A DNA stretch of 64,000 nt, taken from positions 3,133-67,132 of the forward strand of contig JBAXKA010000002.1 of assembly GCA_037137555.1 (NCBI GenBank). The letters run 5' to 3'. Source of the DNA: Candidatus Moraniibacteriota bacterium. Lineage in GTDB: Bacteria; Patescibacteriota; Minisyncoccia; Moranbacterales; UBA2206. How positions within the stretch are numbered: position 1 is the stretch's first letter; the number at the start of each line of letters is the position of its first letter. Position numbers and translations under genes: made by a program. The notes under the pieces were generated by a model. That model was not told where the DNA came from. It did not search any database and was given only the letters and a program-made list of their open reading frames with translations. Positions 9,043 to 18,942 of the stretch are shown piece after piece.

Positions 9043-9876
9043 ATGAATAAAATTTTTAATGAAGATGTTTTGCTGGGAATAGATAAAATTAGTGATAATT
9101 CCATTGATTTGATATTGACCGATCCGCCATATTGTCTAGGAAAGGATTATGGCAATGACTCGGATCAGAAATCGTCAGAGGATTATTTAAATTGGACGTA
9201 TCAATGGATTGATGCGGTTTTGCCAAAGTTAAAAAAAACTGGCAGTTTTTACATTTTTTTAAGCTGGCAATATTCTCCAGAAATTTTTGTTTACCTAAAA
9301 AAGAAAATTAGAATGGCTAATGAAATCATCTGGGATAGGCGAGTTCCGAGCATGGGAGGCTCTACTAGAAAGTTTTCTTCCGTGCATGATAATATAGGAT
9401 TTTTTGTAAAAAGCAATGATTATTATTTTGACATTGATAGTATAAGAATTCCATATGATGCTGAAACTAAGAAAGCAAGAACGAGATCGATTTTTGTTGG
9501 CAAAAAATGGTTAGAGATTGGTTACAATCCAAAAGATTTATGGAGCACTTCTAGGATACATGCACAAGCACCAGAAAGAGAAAAACACCCAACACAAAAA
9601 CCACTAGAAATAATCGAACGCATGGTAAAAGCAAGTTGTCCTAAGAATGGCATCGTGCTAGATCCATTTATGGGGACAGGGACAACGGCTATTGCTTGCT
9701 TGGCAAATGACAGACAATATGTTGGATTTGAAATAAATAAGGATTATCATAAATTAATATTAAATAGAATTAAAAAGTATAATAGTTGTCCTACATTATT
9801 CAACCAACAAACTCAAGAGCTAATTAGTTTAGTTAAAAATGTTCAATGTCAACCACATCACTTATCACTAAACTAA
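9043..9876 (+). CDS. site-specific N6-adenine/N4-cytosine DNA methyltransferase, beta class
   Basis: DPPY motif N-terminal; HPTQKP and LDPFMGTGTT (SAM-binding) C-terminal. Confidence 0.93.
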   Translation: MNKIFNEDVLLGIDKISDNSIDLILTDPPYCLGKDYGNDSDQKSSEDYLNWTYQWIDAVLPKLKKTGSFYIFLSWQYSPEIFVYLKKKIRMANEIIWDRRVPSMGGSTRKFSSVHDNIGFFVKSNDYYFDIDSIRIPYDAETKKARTRSIFVGKKWLEIGYNPKDLWSTSRIHAQAPEREKHPTQKPLEIIERMVKASCPKNGIVLDPFMGTGTTAIACLANDRQYVGFEINKDYHKLILNRIKKYNSCPTLFNQQTQELISLVKNVQCQPHHLSLN

Positions 9877-9918
9877 AAAAGATATTTCTTTTTTTAAGTT
9901 TCTCATAAAAAACAAAAA

Positions 9919-11910
9919 GTGAAAAATAAAAATATAAAAACGCAATTATACCTATTTTTGCTTTTTTTAATAGTAGCTTTGTTTTGTTTTGGGGAAAAAA
10001 TATTCGCGCAAACTATTCCTGATGTTATTTTTAGTGCCGTTCAAACGAGTGGCTTATCATCAAACGATGATTTTATAGAACTTTACAACACTACCTGCGT
10101 AGCCATTGATTTATCCGACTGGAAAATAATAAAAAAAACAAAAACGGGAATAACAGAAACTCCAATTGGAACATTAAAAAAATCTATCCCTGCAAAAGGC
10201 TACTTTCTCTGGGAAAACATAAAAGATGGCTTGACTGGAGTTCCTGACTATACTACAAAAACATATTATTTATCTGATGATTATAGCATCGCTCTTTTTA
10301 ATAAAGATGAAAAACAAATAGACTCAATTACTTGGGGAATAAATCAAAATCCTTTTGCAAATACATTGACATATTCAAACAATCCCAAAAAATTAGAAAC
10401 ATTAAAAAGATCGTTGGATAATATTTTTTCAATTACAGAAAATTATTCACCAAAAGATTCTTCACTTACTGAAATAGGCGAAATTGCTTTATGTCAAAAA
10501 ACAGAACCCCCAAAAGAAGATTTGCTTGTTGAAAAAAATTATTCTGACAAAATAATAATCAACGAATTATTTCCGGCACCAACTGCTGATTCTGGAAATG
10601 AAGAATTTATTGAATTATATAATTTAAGCGAAAAAGATGAAAATCTTTCTGGTTGGATTTTGCGAGACTCATCAAAAACGGGAAAATATACTTTTCCTGA
10701 AAGCATAACAATAAAAACAAAAAGTTTTTTAGTTGTTGCTAAAAAAGATTTTGAATTTGCTCTGAATAATTCCGGTGGAGAAAAAGTTTTGCTTTTTAAT
10801 CCAGCTGAAAAAGAAATTTCTCGTGTAGAATATACTTCTTCTGCCAAAACTAATTATTCTTATGCTTTCAATGGAACAGCTTGGCAATGGACAAGCAAGG
10901 CTACTAAGGGAGCGGAAAATAAATTTGATGAAGTGCTTTCTGGGGAAATTAAAAAAGATAAAATAATTTATGTTAATATGTATGCTAATTTCGAAGCAAC
11001 GACTGATGATAAGGCCAAGCATTTTACTTGGAATTTTGGTGATGGGCATAAAAGTTATCTTAAAAAAACACGCCATAAATACGAAAAAACGGGAAGATAT
11101 TTAGCCTCGCTAAAAGTTACTGGCGAAGGTGCTGATAATTTAATTAATTTTGAAGTGGTAGTGGAAAAATTTGGCAAAGCCAAAGTGCAGATTATTTCGC
11201 TTTCACCAAATCCCAAAGGACTTGATTCTAAGAATGAATGGCTAGAAATTTTAAATGCGACTAAGAAAAAAATTGATCTTAAAGGCTGGAGCGTTGCCAC
11301 TGGCTGGAAAAATTTAGCCAATCATCCTATCACTAAAAAATTTATTTTAAAATCCGGTGAGGCAAGAAAATTGACACGCGATTTTTGCGCTTTTTCTTTG
11401 GGAAATAAACAAGCGAAAATTGAATTGCGTTATCCTGATGGAAAAGTAGCCGATAAAATTAAATATGATCGCAAAGATGATTCGATTGCGGAAGATGAAA
11501 TTTATCAAAAAGAAAACGCTGATTGGCAATGGCTGGAAACACAAAAAGTAATTGTTGAAGAAAAAGCTCCGGCATTGTCAGAAGAAATAATAGAAAAAAT
11601 AGAACCAAAAAAAGAAACTGTGCCAGAAGAAGAAAATAAAAATAATTTTCCAGAAATAAACCAAGAAAATGCTGATTTTGATTTGGCCGATTTGGGAAAA
11701 TATAGCGAAGATCCTATTTGGCGACAAAAACAAGCAAGACAAAATGCGCTACTTTTTGCGGGATCAAACATTTCACCAGAAAAAATATTATTTCAAAACC
11801 AAAGTCGAGTATTGGGAGCTTCTTCGATAATTATTCCTGCCACAAAAAATTCGGATCAATTCTGGAAAAGAATCAATGCTAAGTTGAATGAGTTTATTTG
11901 GTTTTTTTGA
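9919..11910 (+). CDS. secreted lamin-tail-domain repeat protein with PKD domain
   Basis: Signal peptide; three LTD-like units (DDFIELYN..IDLSDW, INELFP..EEFIELYN..LSGW, NEWLEILN..IDLKGW); PKD motif WNFGDG..HKY..GRY. Confidence 0.8.
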   Translation: MKNKNIKTQLYLFLLFLIVALFCFGEKIFAQTIPDVIFSAVQTSGLSSNDDFIELYNTTCVAIDLSDWKIIKKTKTGITETPIGTLKKSIPAKGYFLWENIKDGLTGVPDYTTKTYYLSDDYSIALFNKDEKQIDSITWGINQNPFANTLTYSNNPKKLETLKRSLDNIFSITENYSPKDSSLTEIGEIALCQKTEPPKEDLLVEKNYSDKIIINELFPAPTADSGNEEFIELYNLSEKDENLSGWILRDSSKTGKYTFPESITIKTKSFLVVAKKDFEFALNNSGGEKVLLFNPAEKEISRVEYTSSAKTNYSYAFNGTAWQWTSKATKGAENKFDEVLSGEIKKDKIIYVNMYANFEATTDDKAKHFTWNFGDGHKSYLKKTRHKYEKTGRYLASLKVTGEGADNLINFEVVVEKFGKAKVQIISLSPNPKGLDSKNEWLEILNATKKKIDLKGWSVATGWKNLANHPITKKFILKSGEARKLTRDFCAFSLGNKQAKIELRYPDGKVADKIKYDRKDDSIAEDEIYQKENADWQWLETQKVIVEEKAPALSEEIIEKIEPKKETVPEEENKNNFPEINQENADFDLADLGKYSEDPIWRQKQARQNALLFAGSNISPEKILFQNQSRVLGASSIIIPATKNSDQFWKRINAKLNEFIWFF

Positions 11911-11974
11911 TATTTATAAAATTCATGCTATATTTATTATAAGTTTAATAAAAAAATAATTTAATAAAAAAAAT

Positions 11975-12178
11975 ATGTCGCATCCAAAACATTTATACAT
12001 CACGGGTTTTGTTACTGGCACAATCTCGGGACTACTTTCATCACTAACAGCTTTTAGTATGATCGTATTTATTTCTGACGGAAACAGTGTGGCAAGTCTT
12101 TCTATTATAACAACAGTAGTTGGGGCATTAGTCGGACTTTTTGTAGCCTTCGTAATCCACAAAACATCAAAGGCCTAG
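11975..12178 (+). CDS. small two-TM membrane protein
   Basis: 67 aa hydrophobic ORF with upstream TGCTATATT and a downstream hairpin. Confidence 0.6.
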   Translation: MSHPKHLYITGFVTGTISGLLSSLTAFSMIVFISDGNSVASLSIITTVVGALVGLFVAFVIHKTSKA

Positions 12179-12291
12179 AAAGCGCCAAAAAATTAACTTT
12201 CTTTTAAAAAAGAAATGTCCCTGGCAAGATTGCTAGTGGCATGTTTTTCATGAGATTTTTTGTAATCAACATAAGCACATTTTTAATAATA

Positions 12292-12703
12292 ATGGACCCA
12301 CGAAAATTCAAAAATAAATACACAGCAAGCTCCGTCAGATTAAAAAATTATAATTACGCTCAAGACGGATTATATTTCGTGACGATTTGCACTAAATAAT
12401 CAATCATTTACTGGTGTTCTGACGCTGGGTAGAGACACATTGCAATGTGTCTCTACGGGTACTACACAACATAAAAATAAATTTGGCCCGCAAATAAATA
12501 ATTTATCATCAATTATTAGAGGATTTAAAGGTGCCGTAACAAAGCATACGAATATGTATTACCCACATTCCTTATGGCAACCAAAATTCTATGACCACAT
12601 AATCCGCAACGATGAAACATTGAATAAAATCCGTGAATATATAATCAAAAATCCGGAAATGTGGGAACGAAATAAAAATAATATAGAAAATATATTTATC
12701 TGA
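12292..12703 (+). pseudogene. internally deleted REP-associated tyrosine transposase (RAYT, IS200-like Y1)
   Basis: 12292-12399 encodes SVRLKNYNYAQDGLYFVTICTK then stop; a different frame encodes LSSIIRGFKGAVTK..WQPKFYDHIIRN..IREYIIKNP; HUH (MPNHxH) segment absent. Confidence 0.85.
12429..12456. repeat. GTAG-type REP palindrome
   Basis: Perfect 28-bp palindrome GTAGAGACACATTGCAATGTGTCTCTAC inside the RAYT remnant. Confidence 0.85.
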
Positions 12704-12770
12704 AAAAATGTCTTGAAATTATTTTCATAAGATGCTAAGCTGGAAATAGAAAAATAATTACAACTTTTTT

Positions 12771-13487
12771 ATGTCTGGACACTCACATTGGGCGGGAATA
12801 AAACAACGAAAAGGAATTAACGATGCCAAGCGCGGTAAAATTTTTACTAAATTTGGAAAGTTAGTCACGATTGCGGCACGAGATGGTGGCGGAAAATTAG
12901 ATGCTAATTTTCAGTTGCGTATGGCGGTTGATCGTGCGCGCGAAATGAATATGCCCAAAGAAAATATTGAAAGAGCGATCAAGCGAGGAACGGGTGAAAT
13001 TAAAGGTGCAATGATTGAAGAAATATTATATGAAGCAGTTGGACCAGGTGAATTAATGTTGCTTATTTCTTGCACAACAGATAATAAAAATCGCACAGTG
13101 TCTGAAGTAAAAACTATTTTAACAAAAAATAACTCCAAGCTCGGCGAAAAAGGCAGTGCTATGTGGAATTTTGAACAAGTTGGCAATATCAGCCTTGCTC
13201 TTGAAAATAAAGATGTGACGGAATTGGAAATGCTCGCGATTGAAGCTGGTGCTAAAGATACAATGCGAGAAGATGATTTGCTAAATATAATCACAGAAGT
13301 AAAAGATTTTGCTCGTGTGCGGGAAAGTCTTGAAAAAGAAAAATTAAAAATAATTGATTCTGGTTTAATTTATTTGCCAAAAAATACTATTACGGTCGAT
13401 GAAAAAGCTCGTGAAAGCTTTGAAAATCTCATGGAACTTTTGGATGATCATGATGATGTCAGTGAAATTTATAATAATTTAGCATAA
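12771..13487 (+). CDS. yebC: YebC/PmpR family protein
   Basis: MSGHSHWAGIK..DAKRGKIFTK, MPKENIERAIKRG, TDNKNRT, DDHDDVSEIYNN; promoter TTGAAA-17-TAAGCT upstream. Confidence 0.96.
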   Translation: MSGHSHWAGIKQRKGINDAKRGKIFTKFGKLVTIAARDGGGKLDANFQLRMAVDRAREMNMPKENIERAIKRGTGEIKGAMIEEILYEAVGPGELMLLISCTTDNKNRTVSEVKTILTKNNSKLGEKGSAMWNFEQVGNISLALENKDVTELEMLAIEAGAKDTMREDDLLNIITEVKDFARVRESLEKEKLKIIDSGLIYLPKNTITVDEKARESFENLMELLDDHDDVSEIYNNLA

Positions 13488-13489
13488 CC

Positions 13490-13984
13490 ATGAAAATTTT
13501 AGGCATAGATCCTGGCACAGCCACAACTGGCTGGGGAATTATTGAAATACAGGGAGGCAAGCTTTTGCCTTTGGCTTATGGTCATATCAGCACTTCAAAA
13601 GATAACAGCGACGATGAAAGAATTCTAGAAGTTTCGCTAGATTTAGAAAAAATAATTAAAGAACATAAACCGGAAGAAGCTGCCATTGAAAGTTTGTTTT
13701 TTTTTAAAAACCAAAAAACCGTTATTCAAGTTGCTCAATCGCGTGGAGCAATTCTCTTGACTTTAAAGCAAAATGATGTTAAGGTTTTTAGTTACACTCC
13801 ACTCCAAGTTAAGCAAGCACTCACGGGTTACGGCCGAGCAGAAAAAAAGCAGATGCAACAAATGATTAAAAATATTCTGCATCTGGGCTCTGTGCCAAAA
13901 CCAGATGATGTCGCTGATGCACTGGCTATTGCTGTGTGTCATGCCAATAGTCGTGCCATAATTAGTTTAAGAAAAAACGCATGA
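13490..13984 (+). CDS. ruvC: Holliday junction resolvase RuvC
   Basis: ILGIDPG, IESLFF, YTPLQVKQALTGYGRAEK, DDVADALAIA. Confidence 0.97.
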   Translation: MKILGIDPGTATTGWGIIEIQGGKLLPLAYGHISTSKDNSDDERILEVSLDLEKIIKEHKPEEAAIESLFFFKNQKTVIQVAQSRGAILLTLKQNDVKVFSYTPLQVKQALTGYGRAEKKQMQQMIKNILHLGSVPKPDDVADALAIAVCHANSRAIISLRKNA

Positions 13985-14646
13985 ATGAATTTAATTTTAG
14001 CATTAGCCCAATTTTAACTTTCTTTTTAAATACTGGCGTGCCATTTGAAACAATCAAATTAATTTTAATGCTTCCAATTATTGCCACTTTTATTGCTTTT
14101 TTGCGTCAGGTTGTGGGAATAAAAGCCTTTGGAATTTATACTCCCCTACTTATAACTTTTGCTTTTCTAGCGACTAATGGCATCAAATATGGCATCGCAA
14201 TTTTTATAATTATTATTCTTATTGGCATGCTGATGAGAATTGCACTTAAATCTTTTCGTTTGCTTTATCTTCCCCGCGTTGCCATCATGCTCACTATTGT
14301 TGCTTTGTCTATTTTAATTATGCTCGCTATTGGCGGAAGCTTAAAAAGAACTGGTCTGGCGTCTGTGTCAATTTTTCCAATCCTAATTATGATTACGCTA
14401 GTGGAAAAATTTATTGCTGTTCAAATTGAAAAAGGCGACCGAGCAGCGATCTTTCTAGCAACCGAGACTTTAGTTATTTCTATTTTAGGTTTTTATCTCG
14501 CTAGCTGGGAAACACTGATTCATTTTGTAACTTTTTATCCTTGGGTTATTCTGCTCACTATTCCGCTCAATGTTATACTTGGCAAATGGACCGGATTGCG
14601 TTTGAGTGAATATTTGCGTTTCGGAGAAATTATAAAAAGAAGTTAG
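13981..14646 (+). CDS. 7TM protein of the 7TM_transglut family (without transglutaminase domain)
   Basis: LRQVVGIKAFGIYTP, LLYLPR, FPILIMITLVEK, GKWTGLRLSEYLRF; followed by an ATP-grasp gene. Confidence 0.8.
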   Translation: MNEFNFSISPILTFFLNTGVPFETIKLILMLPIIATFIAFLRQVVGIKAFGIYTPLLITFAFLATNGIKYGIAIFIIIILIGMLMRIALKSFRLLYLPRVAIMLTIVALSILIMLAIGGSLKRTGLASVSIFPILIMITLVEKFIAVQIEKGDRAAIFLATETLVISILGFYLASWETLIHFVTFYPWVILLTIPLNVILGKWTGLRLSEYLRFGEIIKRS

Positions 14647-14650
14647 GCCT

Positions 14651-16045
14651 ATGTTTGAATTTATTAAAAAAAGTCGGGGCATCTTAGGAATGAATTCTAG
14701 AAATTTGGAATATATCCGTCCCTATAATCGTGCTTGTGCCAAAAAATTGGCCGACAATAAATTGCTGAGCAAGAAAATTCTCAAAAAAAATGACATTGCT
14801 GTTCCAGCACTTATTGCTCAAATTAAAACACTGGAGGATTTGGATATTTTTGATTGGCACGCTTTGCCTGATAGTTTTGTCCTAAAACCTAATCGGGGAT
14901 TTGGTGGTGAGGGAATTATTGTGATTTATGGTCGCAAAAAAAATCGCACAGATGTTTGGGTGAAAGCTGATGGATCGAGTATTTCCATTGATGACCTTAA
15001 AAATCACACCAGAAATATTCTTGATGGATCATATTCATTGTCTGGTATTCCTGATATTGCTTTTTTTGAGGAACGCTTAAAACTTTTAAAACTTTTCAAG
15101 CCTTATGCTTTTAAAGGAATTCCGGATATTCGTATTATTGTTTTTAATAAAATGCCGATCATGGCAATGCTTCGCCTTCCTACTAAAGGCTCACACGGAA
15201 AAGCTAATTTAGCACAAGGTGCCATTGGTGTTGGTATCGACTTGGCTTCTGGCGTAACCACAACAGCAGTACTGGGCAAACAAAAAATTATTGAATATTT
15301 ACCAAACACAAAACTCTTGCTTTCTGGAATTAAAATTCCCTACTGGCTAGATATTTTAACTTTAGCTGTGCGATCGCAAGAAATTTCTGGATTAGGTTTT
15401 CTTGGTGTGGATATAGCGATTGATAAAGATCGCGGACCAGTAATTTTGGAACTTAATGCTCGGCCAGGATTAGCTATTCAAGTGGCTAATCTTGATGGAC
15501 TAAAAAGACGCTTAAAAAAAGCCGCTGGCATTAAAATCAAAACGACTAAAAAAGGCATTCGTGTTGGTATGGATCTTTTTGGAGGAGAAATTGAAGAAGA
15601 GTTGGAAGAAATTTCTGGAAAAAAAGTCATTGGCACTGTGGAAAAAATAAAACTAATCGGCAAGGACGGAAAAGAAATTGAAGTGGAAGCAAAAATCGAT
15701 ACTGGTGCTGACTGGTCATCAATTGATAATGAACTGGCCAAAAAATTAGGCTTCACGGAAACAATTGAAGAATTTGAAAAATTAAAAATGCCCTATGAAA
15801 ACTTAAAAAATTTAGACAAAGAAAAACGCTGGGAAATTTATAAAAATATTCCTCATATTGCCTCGACCATTCCAGTTAAGTCTTCCAACGGTTACACTTA
15901 TCGGCCAATGATTAATATCGAATTCGTTATGGACAGCATAGCCGTATCCACGAAAATAACTGTAATTGATCGTTCTCATATGCAATATCCTATGATTATC
16001 GGAAAAGTTAATTTGAAAAAGTTTTTAATTGATACAAGCAAATAA
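14651..16045 (+). CDS. alpha-L-glutamate ligase-like ATP-grasp fused to a RimB-like aspartyl protease domain
   Basis: ILGMNSRN, FVLKPNRGFGGEGI, DIRII, ANLAQGAIGVGID, ELNARPGLAIQ; C-terminal AKIDTGA..SSID..DRSHMQYPMIIG. Confidence 0.88.
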   Translation: MFEFIKKSRGILGMNSRNLEYIRPYNRACAKKLADNKLLSKKILKKNDIAVPALIAQIKTLEDLDIFDWHALPDSFVLKPNRGFGGEGIIVIYGRKKNRTDVWVKADGSSISIDDLKNHTRNILDGSYSLSGIPDIAFFEERLKLLKLFKPYAFKGIPDIRIIVFNKMPIMAMLRLPTKGSHGKANLAQGAIGVGIDLASGVTTTAVLGKQKIIEYLPNTKLLLSGIKIPYWLDILTLAVRSQEISGLGFLGVDIAIDKDRGPVILELNARPGLAIQVANLDGLKRRLKKAAGIKIKTTKKGIRVGMDLFGGEIEEELEEISGKKVIGTVEKIKLIGKDGKEIEVEAKIDTGADWSSIDNELAKKLGFTETIEEFEKLKMPYENLKNLDKEKRWEIYKNIPHIASTIPVKSSNGYTYRPMINIEFVMDSIAVSTKITVIDRSHMQYPMIIGKVNLKKFLIDTSK

Positions 16046-16049
16046 GCCT

Positions 16050-16949
16050 ATGCTCCTTATTCTCAGAAGTAAAAAAAGAATTTTAAAAAAAGTTAAAAAA
16101 TTCAACGAACTAATCTCTCATCATCTAAAAAACGCAGGGGTTGATTTTTCTTTTGCCAGTTTTGAAGACATTGAAATTTTTATGGAAACTGGCAAGATAA
16201 ATCTTCTTATTGATGACAAGCCACTGCAAAACTGGAAAACTATTTATCCACGAAAGGTTGGAGAATATCGAATATTAGCCTTTATTTTGGCAAACTTAAG
16301 CAAGAAAAATAAACTAATTTTTATTGATCGCTTTTTGGAAAATTCTTCCTCCACAACTAAAATTGTTCAGATGTTTCAATTTGCTCAAAATAAAATACCC
16401 ATTCCAAAAACATACTACACGACAACATATTCACGAAAGCAATTAAGCTCTGCCGTTAAGTTCTTAGGACTTCCTGTTGTAATAAAAAAATGCAACACAT
16501 CGCAAGGATCAGGAGTGTTTCTAGCTAAAACCGTTTCAGAATTAAACAAATCAATAAAAGCTCTTTTGAAAAGCAAAAATAATGGGTCTATTTTTCTCCA
16601 AGAATTTATTCCAAATGATTTTGAATATAGAATATTTGTGACCGGAAATAAAATTGGGGCCGCCGAAAAAAAGATCAGAACGAAGGCTGGCGAATTTAGA
16701 AATAATGTTCACCTGGGAGCCAGAGAAGAGTTTGTGAAAATATCTGATGTTAAAAAAAATATTCTCAAAATAGCTCTAAAAGCTTCGCACATTTCCAATA
16801 TTCAGGTCTCGGGTGTAGATATTGTTGAAGCAAATGGACGAATAGTTGTGTTTGAAGCAAATAGTTGCCCCGGATTAACTTTTGATGAAAAAATATCGCC
16901 AGAATTAAAAAGCCTAGCTAACTACCTCGAAGAATGCGAAAAAAAATAA
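16050..16949 (+). CDS. RimK-like ATP-grasp ligase
   Basis: IPIPKT, PVVIK, SQGSGV, QEFIPN, EFRNNVHLG, GVDIV, EANSCPG. Confidence 0.85.
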   Translation: MLLILRSKKRILKKVKKFNELISHHLKNAGVDFSFASFEDIEIFMETGKINLLIDDKPLQNWKTIYPRKVGEYRILAFILANLSKKNKLIFIDRFLENSSSTTKIVQMFQFAQNKIPIPKTYYTTTYSRKQLSSAVKFLGLPVVIKKCNTSQGSGVFLAKTVSELNKSIKALLKSKNNGSIFLQEFIPNDFEYRIFVTGNKIGAAEKKIRTKAGEFRNNVHLGAREEFVKISDVKKNILKIALKASHISNIQVSGVDIVEANGRIVVFEANSCPGLTFDEKISPELKSLANYLEECEKK

Positions 16950-17872
16950 TTATGTATTATGGACAAGAAAAAACCGGACCAGATCCGTTTTTTAATTTTG
17001 GCCACAAAAAAAGTGTCTATTATTATTTTTTCGAATATGGCAAAAAAATGGGCTTCGATATGTTTTTAGCGAGTGGTAAAAAAAATTATTTAGGCGAGTT
17101 GAATTTTAAAAATCCTCTTTTTTTTGATGGATTAAAATTCAAGCCTACGCAAGAGGCTATTCAAGTTGACGCCGTTTATGACAGAAGTGGCGGATTGAAT
17201 TTTCCCTCACCAGAAATTAAAAAAATACTTAATAACTTAAAATTTAAAACGCTCTGTAATAATAAAAATAGTATGTATGTTTTATTGGGAAAGTTTATGC
17301 CCAAAAGTATTGAAATAAAAAATCAGACTGAATTAAAAACAGCCTTACTAAACTTTCCTGCAAAAAAAATTGCTGTCTTGAAACCCGCAGCTGGACTTGG
17401 TGGAAAAGGCATTGTAATTGACCTTCCTCAAAATTTAGCCAAAGTAATCTTAGAAGAAAAAAAGGAATATGTTTTGCAACAATTCGTGGACACTTCGCAT
17501 GGCATAAAAAATATTACCAAAGAAAAACATGATTTAAGAATTATTATTATTGATGGAGAAATAATTATGGCTAGCGTTAGAACGCCAAAAGAAGGTAGTT
17601 ACTTGGCAAATGTTGCTCAGGGCGGAAAAATACAAGAAATTGATATTAAAAAAATTCCAGCAAAAGCACTTGTGCTAACAAAAAAAATTCAGAAAATTCT
17701 CGACAAAAAATATAATTACCCGTTATATTCTATCGATCTTGGATTTGAAAATGAACAGCCTTATGTTTTTGAATTAAATGATCAAATTGGCTTTCCTTCA
17801 GAAAAAATGCCTGGACATAAAATTTTTATGCATAAATTAATAAAATCATTAGAAAAAATAGCTAACTCTTAA
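16934..17872 (+). CDS. ATP-grasp ligase (YheC/D- or GshB-like)
   Basis: VYDR, VLKPAAGLGGKGI, LQQFVDTS, HDLRIII, LANVAQGG, FELND. Confidence 0.8.
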   Translation: MRKKIIMYYGQEKTGPDPFFNFGHKKSVYYYFFEYGKKMGFDMFLASGKKNYLGELNFKNPLFFDGLKFKPTQEAIQVDAVYDRSGGLNFPSPEIKKILNNLKFKTLCNNKNSMYVLLGKFMPKSIEIKNQTELKTALLNFPAKKIAVLKPAAGLGGKGIVIDLPQNLAKVILEEKKEYVLQQFVDTSHGIKNITKEKHDLRIIIIDGEIIMASVRTPKEGSYLANVAQGGKIQEIDIKKIPAKALVLTKKIQKILDKKYNYPLYSIDLGFENEQPYVFELNDQIGFPSEKMPGHKIFMHKLIKSLEKIANS

Positions 17873-17884
17873 TAAATAAATATT

Positions 17885-18856
17885 ATGCAAAAAAATTCAG
17901 CTATCATTAAAAAAATTGTTCGTGAGATGGGTGGAACAATTGAAAAAATAGTGCCAGAGAGAAGTTGTTTTTTAATTAAAATTGCTGGTGAAAAAATATT
18001 ATTTTCCAGAAAATTTCAAATTGCTAGCGACTTTTTTTCCGGCAGAGCTTTGACTGCCCATAAAGATTTAACTTATGTTGCTTTAAAAGAAAACGATCTT
18101 CCAACTCCAGGCTCTGTTTGTTTTTATAAAAAATCTATTAGCACAAAAAACATAGCAACCGAACTTGCTTTGTTGAATTATCCAATCGTAATAAAAGATG
18201 CTAACGGCTCAAATAGCAAAGGCGTTTTTGTTAATATTAAAAATTTAGTTGAAGCAAAAGAAATAATCTTTCAAGAAATAAATAATTTTCCCTACTTAAT
18301 TGCTCAGGAAATGGTTTTTGGCAAAGAATTTCGCGTGCTAGTTTTGGGAAATAAAGTTATCGGCGTTTTAGAGATGATTCCTTCAAGAGTTTTTGGAAAT
18401 GCCAAAAATACTATCCGCGAGTTAATCGAAATAAAGCAACTGAAAATGAGCCGGAAAACTGCTTGCGATATTACATTAAATAAAATATTAGAACTTCAGG
18501 GGTTTAATCTTGAAAGTATTTTAAAAAAAGATCAGACCGTTTTTATAAAAAATAATGCTTGCTTGGCTGAAGGAGGTGAAACAAAAGATGCAACCAGTTT
18601 AATAAATCTAAATATAGAAATTCTTTGTGTCAAAGCCGCAAAAGCAACTGGAAAAAATCTGGCTGGAATTGATATTATTTGTGATGATATTAGTAAGAAT
18701 CCTAGCGAGCAAGCGTTTAGTATTTTAGAAATAAATGGCAAGCCTGATCTCTATATTCACTACAACCCCACTCACGGAAAAACTCAAAATGTGATAAAAC
18801 CAATTATTGATTTCATTTTAAGCTTAAAAAAGACCGGAATTTCTTCGGGTTATTGA
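17885..18856 (+). CDS. ATP-grasp ligase resembling the cyanophycin synthetase/GshF ATP-grasp domain
   Basis: YPIVIKD..GSNSKGV, EFRVLV, VFGNAKNTIRELI, LAEGGETKDAT, AGIDII, LEINGKP. Confidence 0.8.
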   Translation: MQKNSAIIKKIVREMGGTIEKIVPERSCFLIKIAGEKILFSRKFQIASDFFSGRALTAHKDLTYVALKENDLPTPGSVCFYKKSISTKNIATELALLNYPIVIKDANGSNSKGVFVNIKNLVEAKEIIFQEINNFPYLIAQEMVFGKEFRVLVLGNKVIGVLEMIPSRVFGNAKNTIRELIEIKQLKMSRKTACDITLNKILELQGFNLESILKKDQTVFIKNNACLAEGGETKDATSLINLNIEILCVKAAKATGKNLAGIDIICDDISKNPSEQAFSILEINGKPDLYIHYNPTHGKTQNVIKPIIDFILSLKKTGISSGY

Positions 18857-18942
18857 TTGTGGGATTTTTATTTCTCCTTGATATTCCTCCAAAAAAATGC
18901 TAGTCTGCAAACTAGATAAGCCTGTATAAAAAATTCATCTTT

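Noticed and set aside
17885-18856. Cyanophycin synthetase call
   Set aside because: Only a 323-aa ATP-grasp portion; no Mur-ligase-like domain and no cyanophycinase nearby
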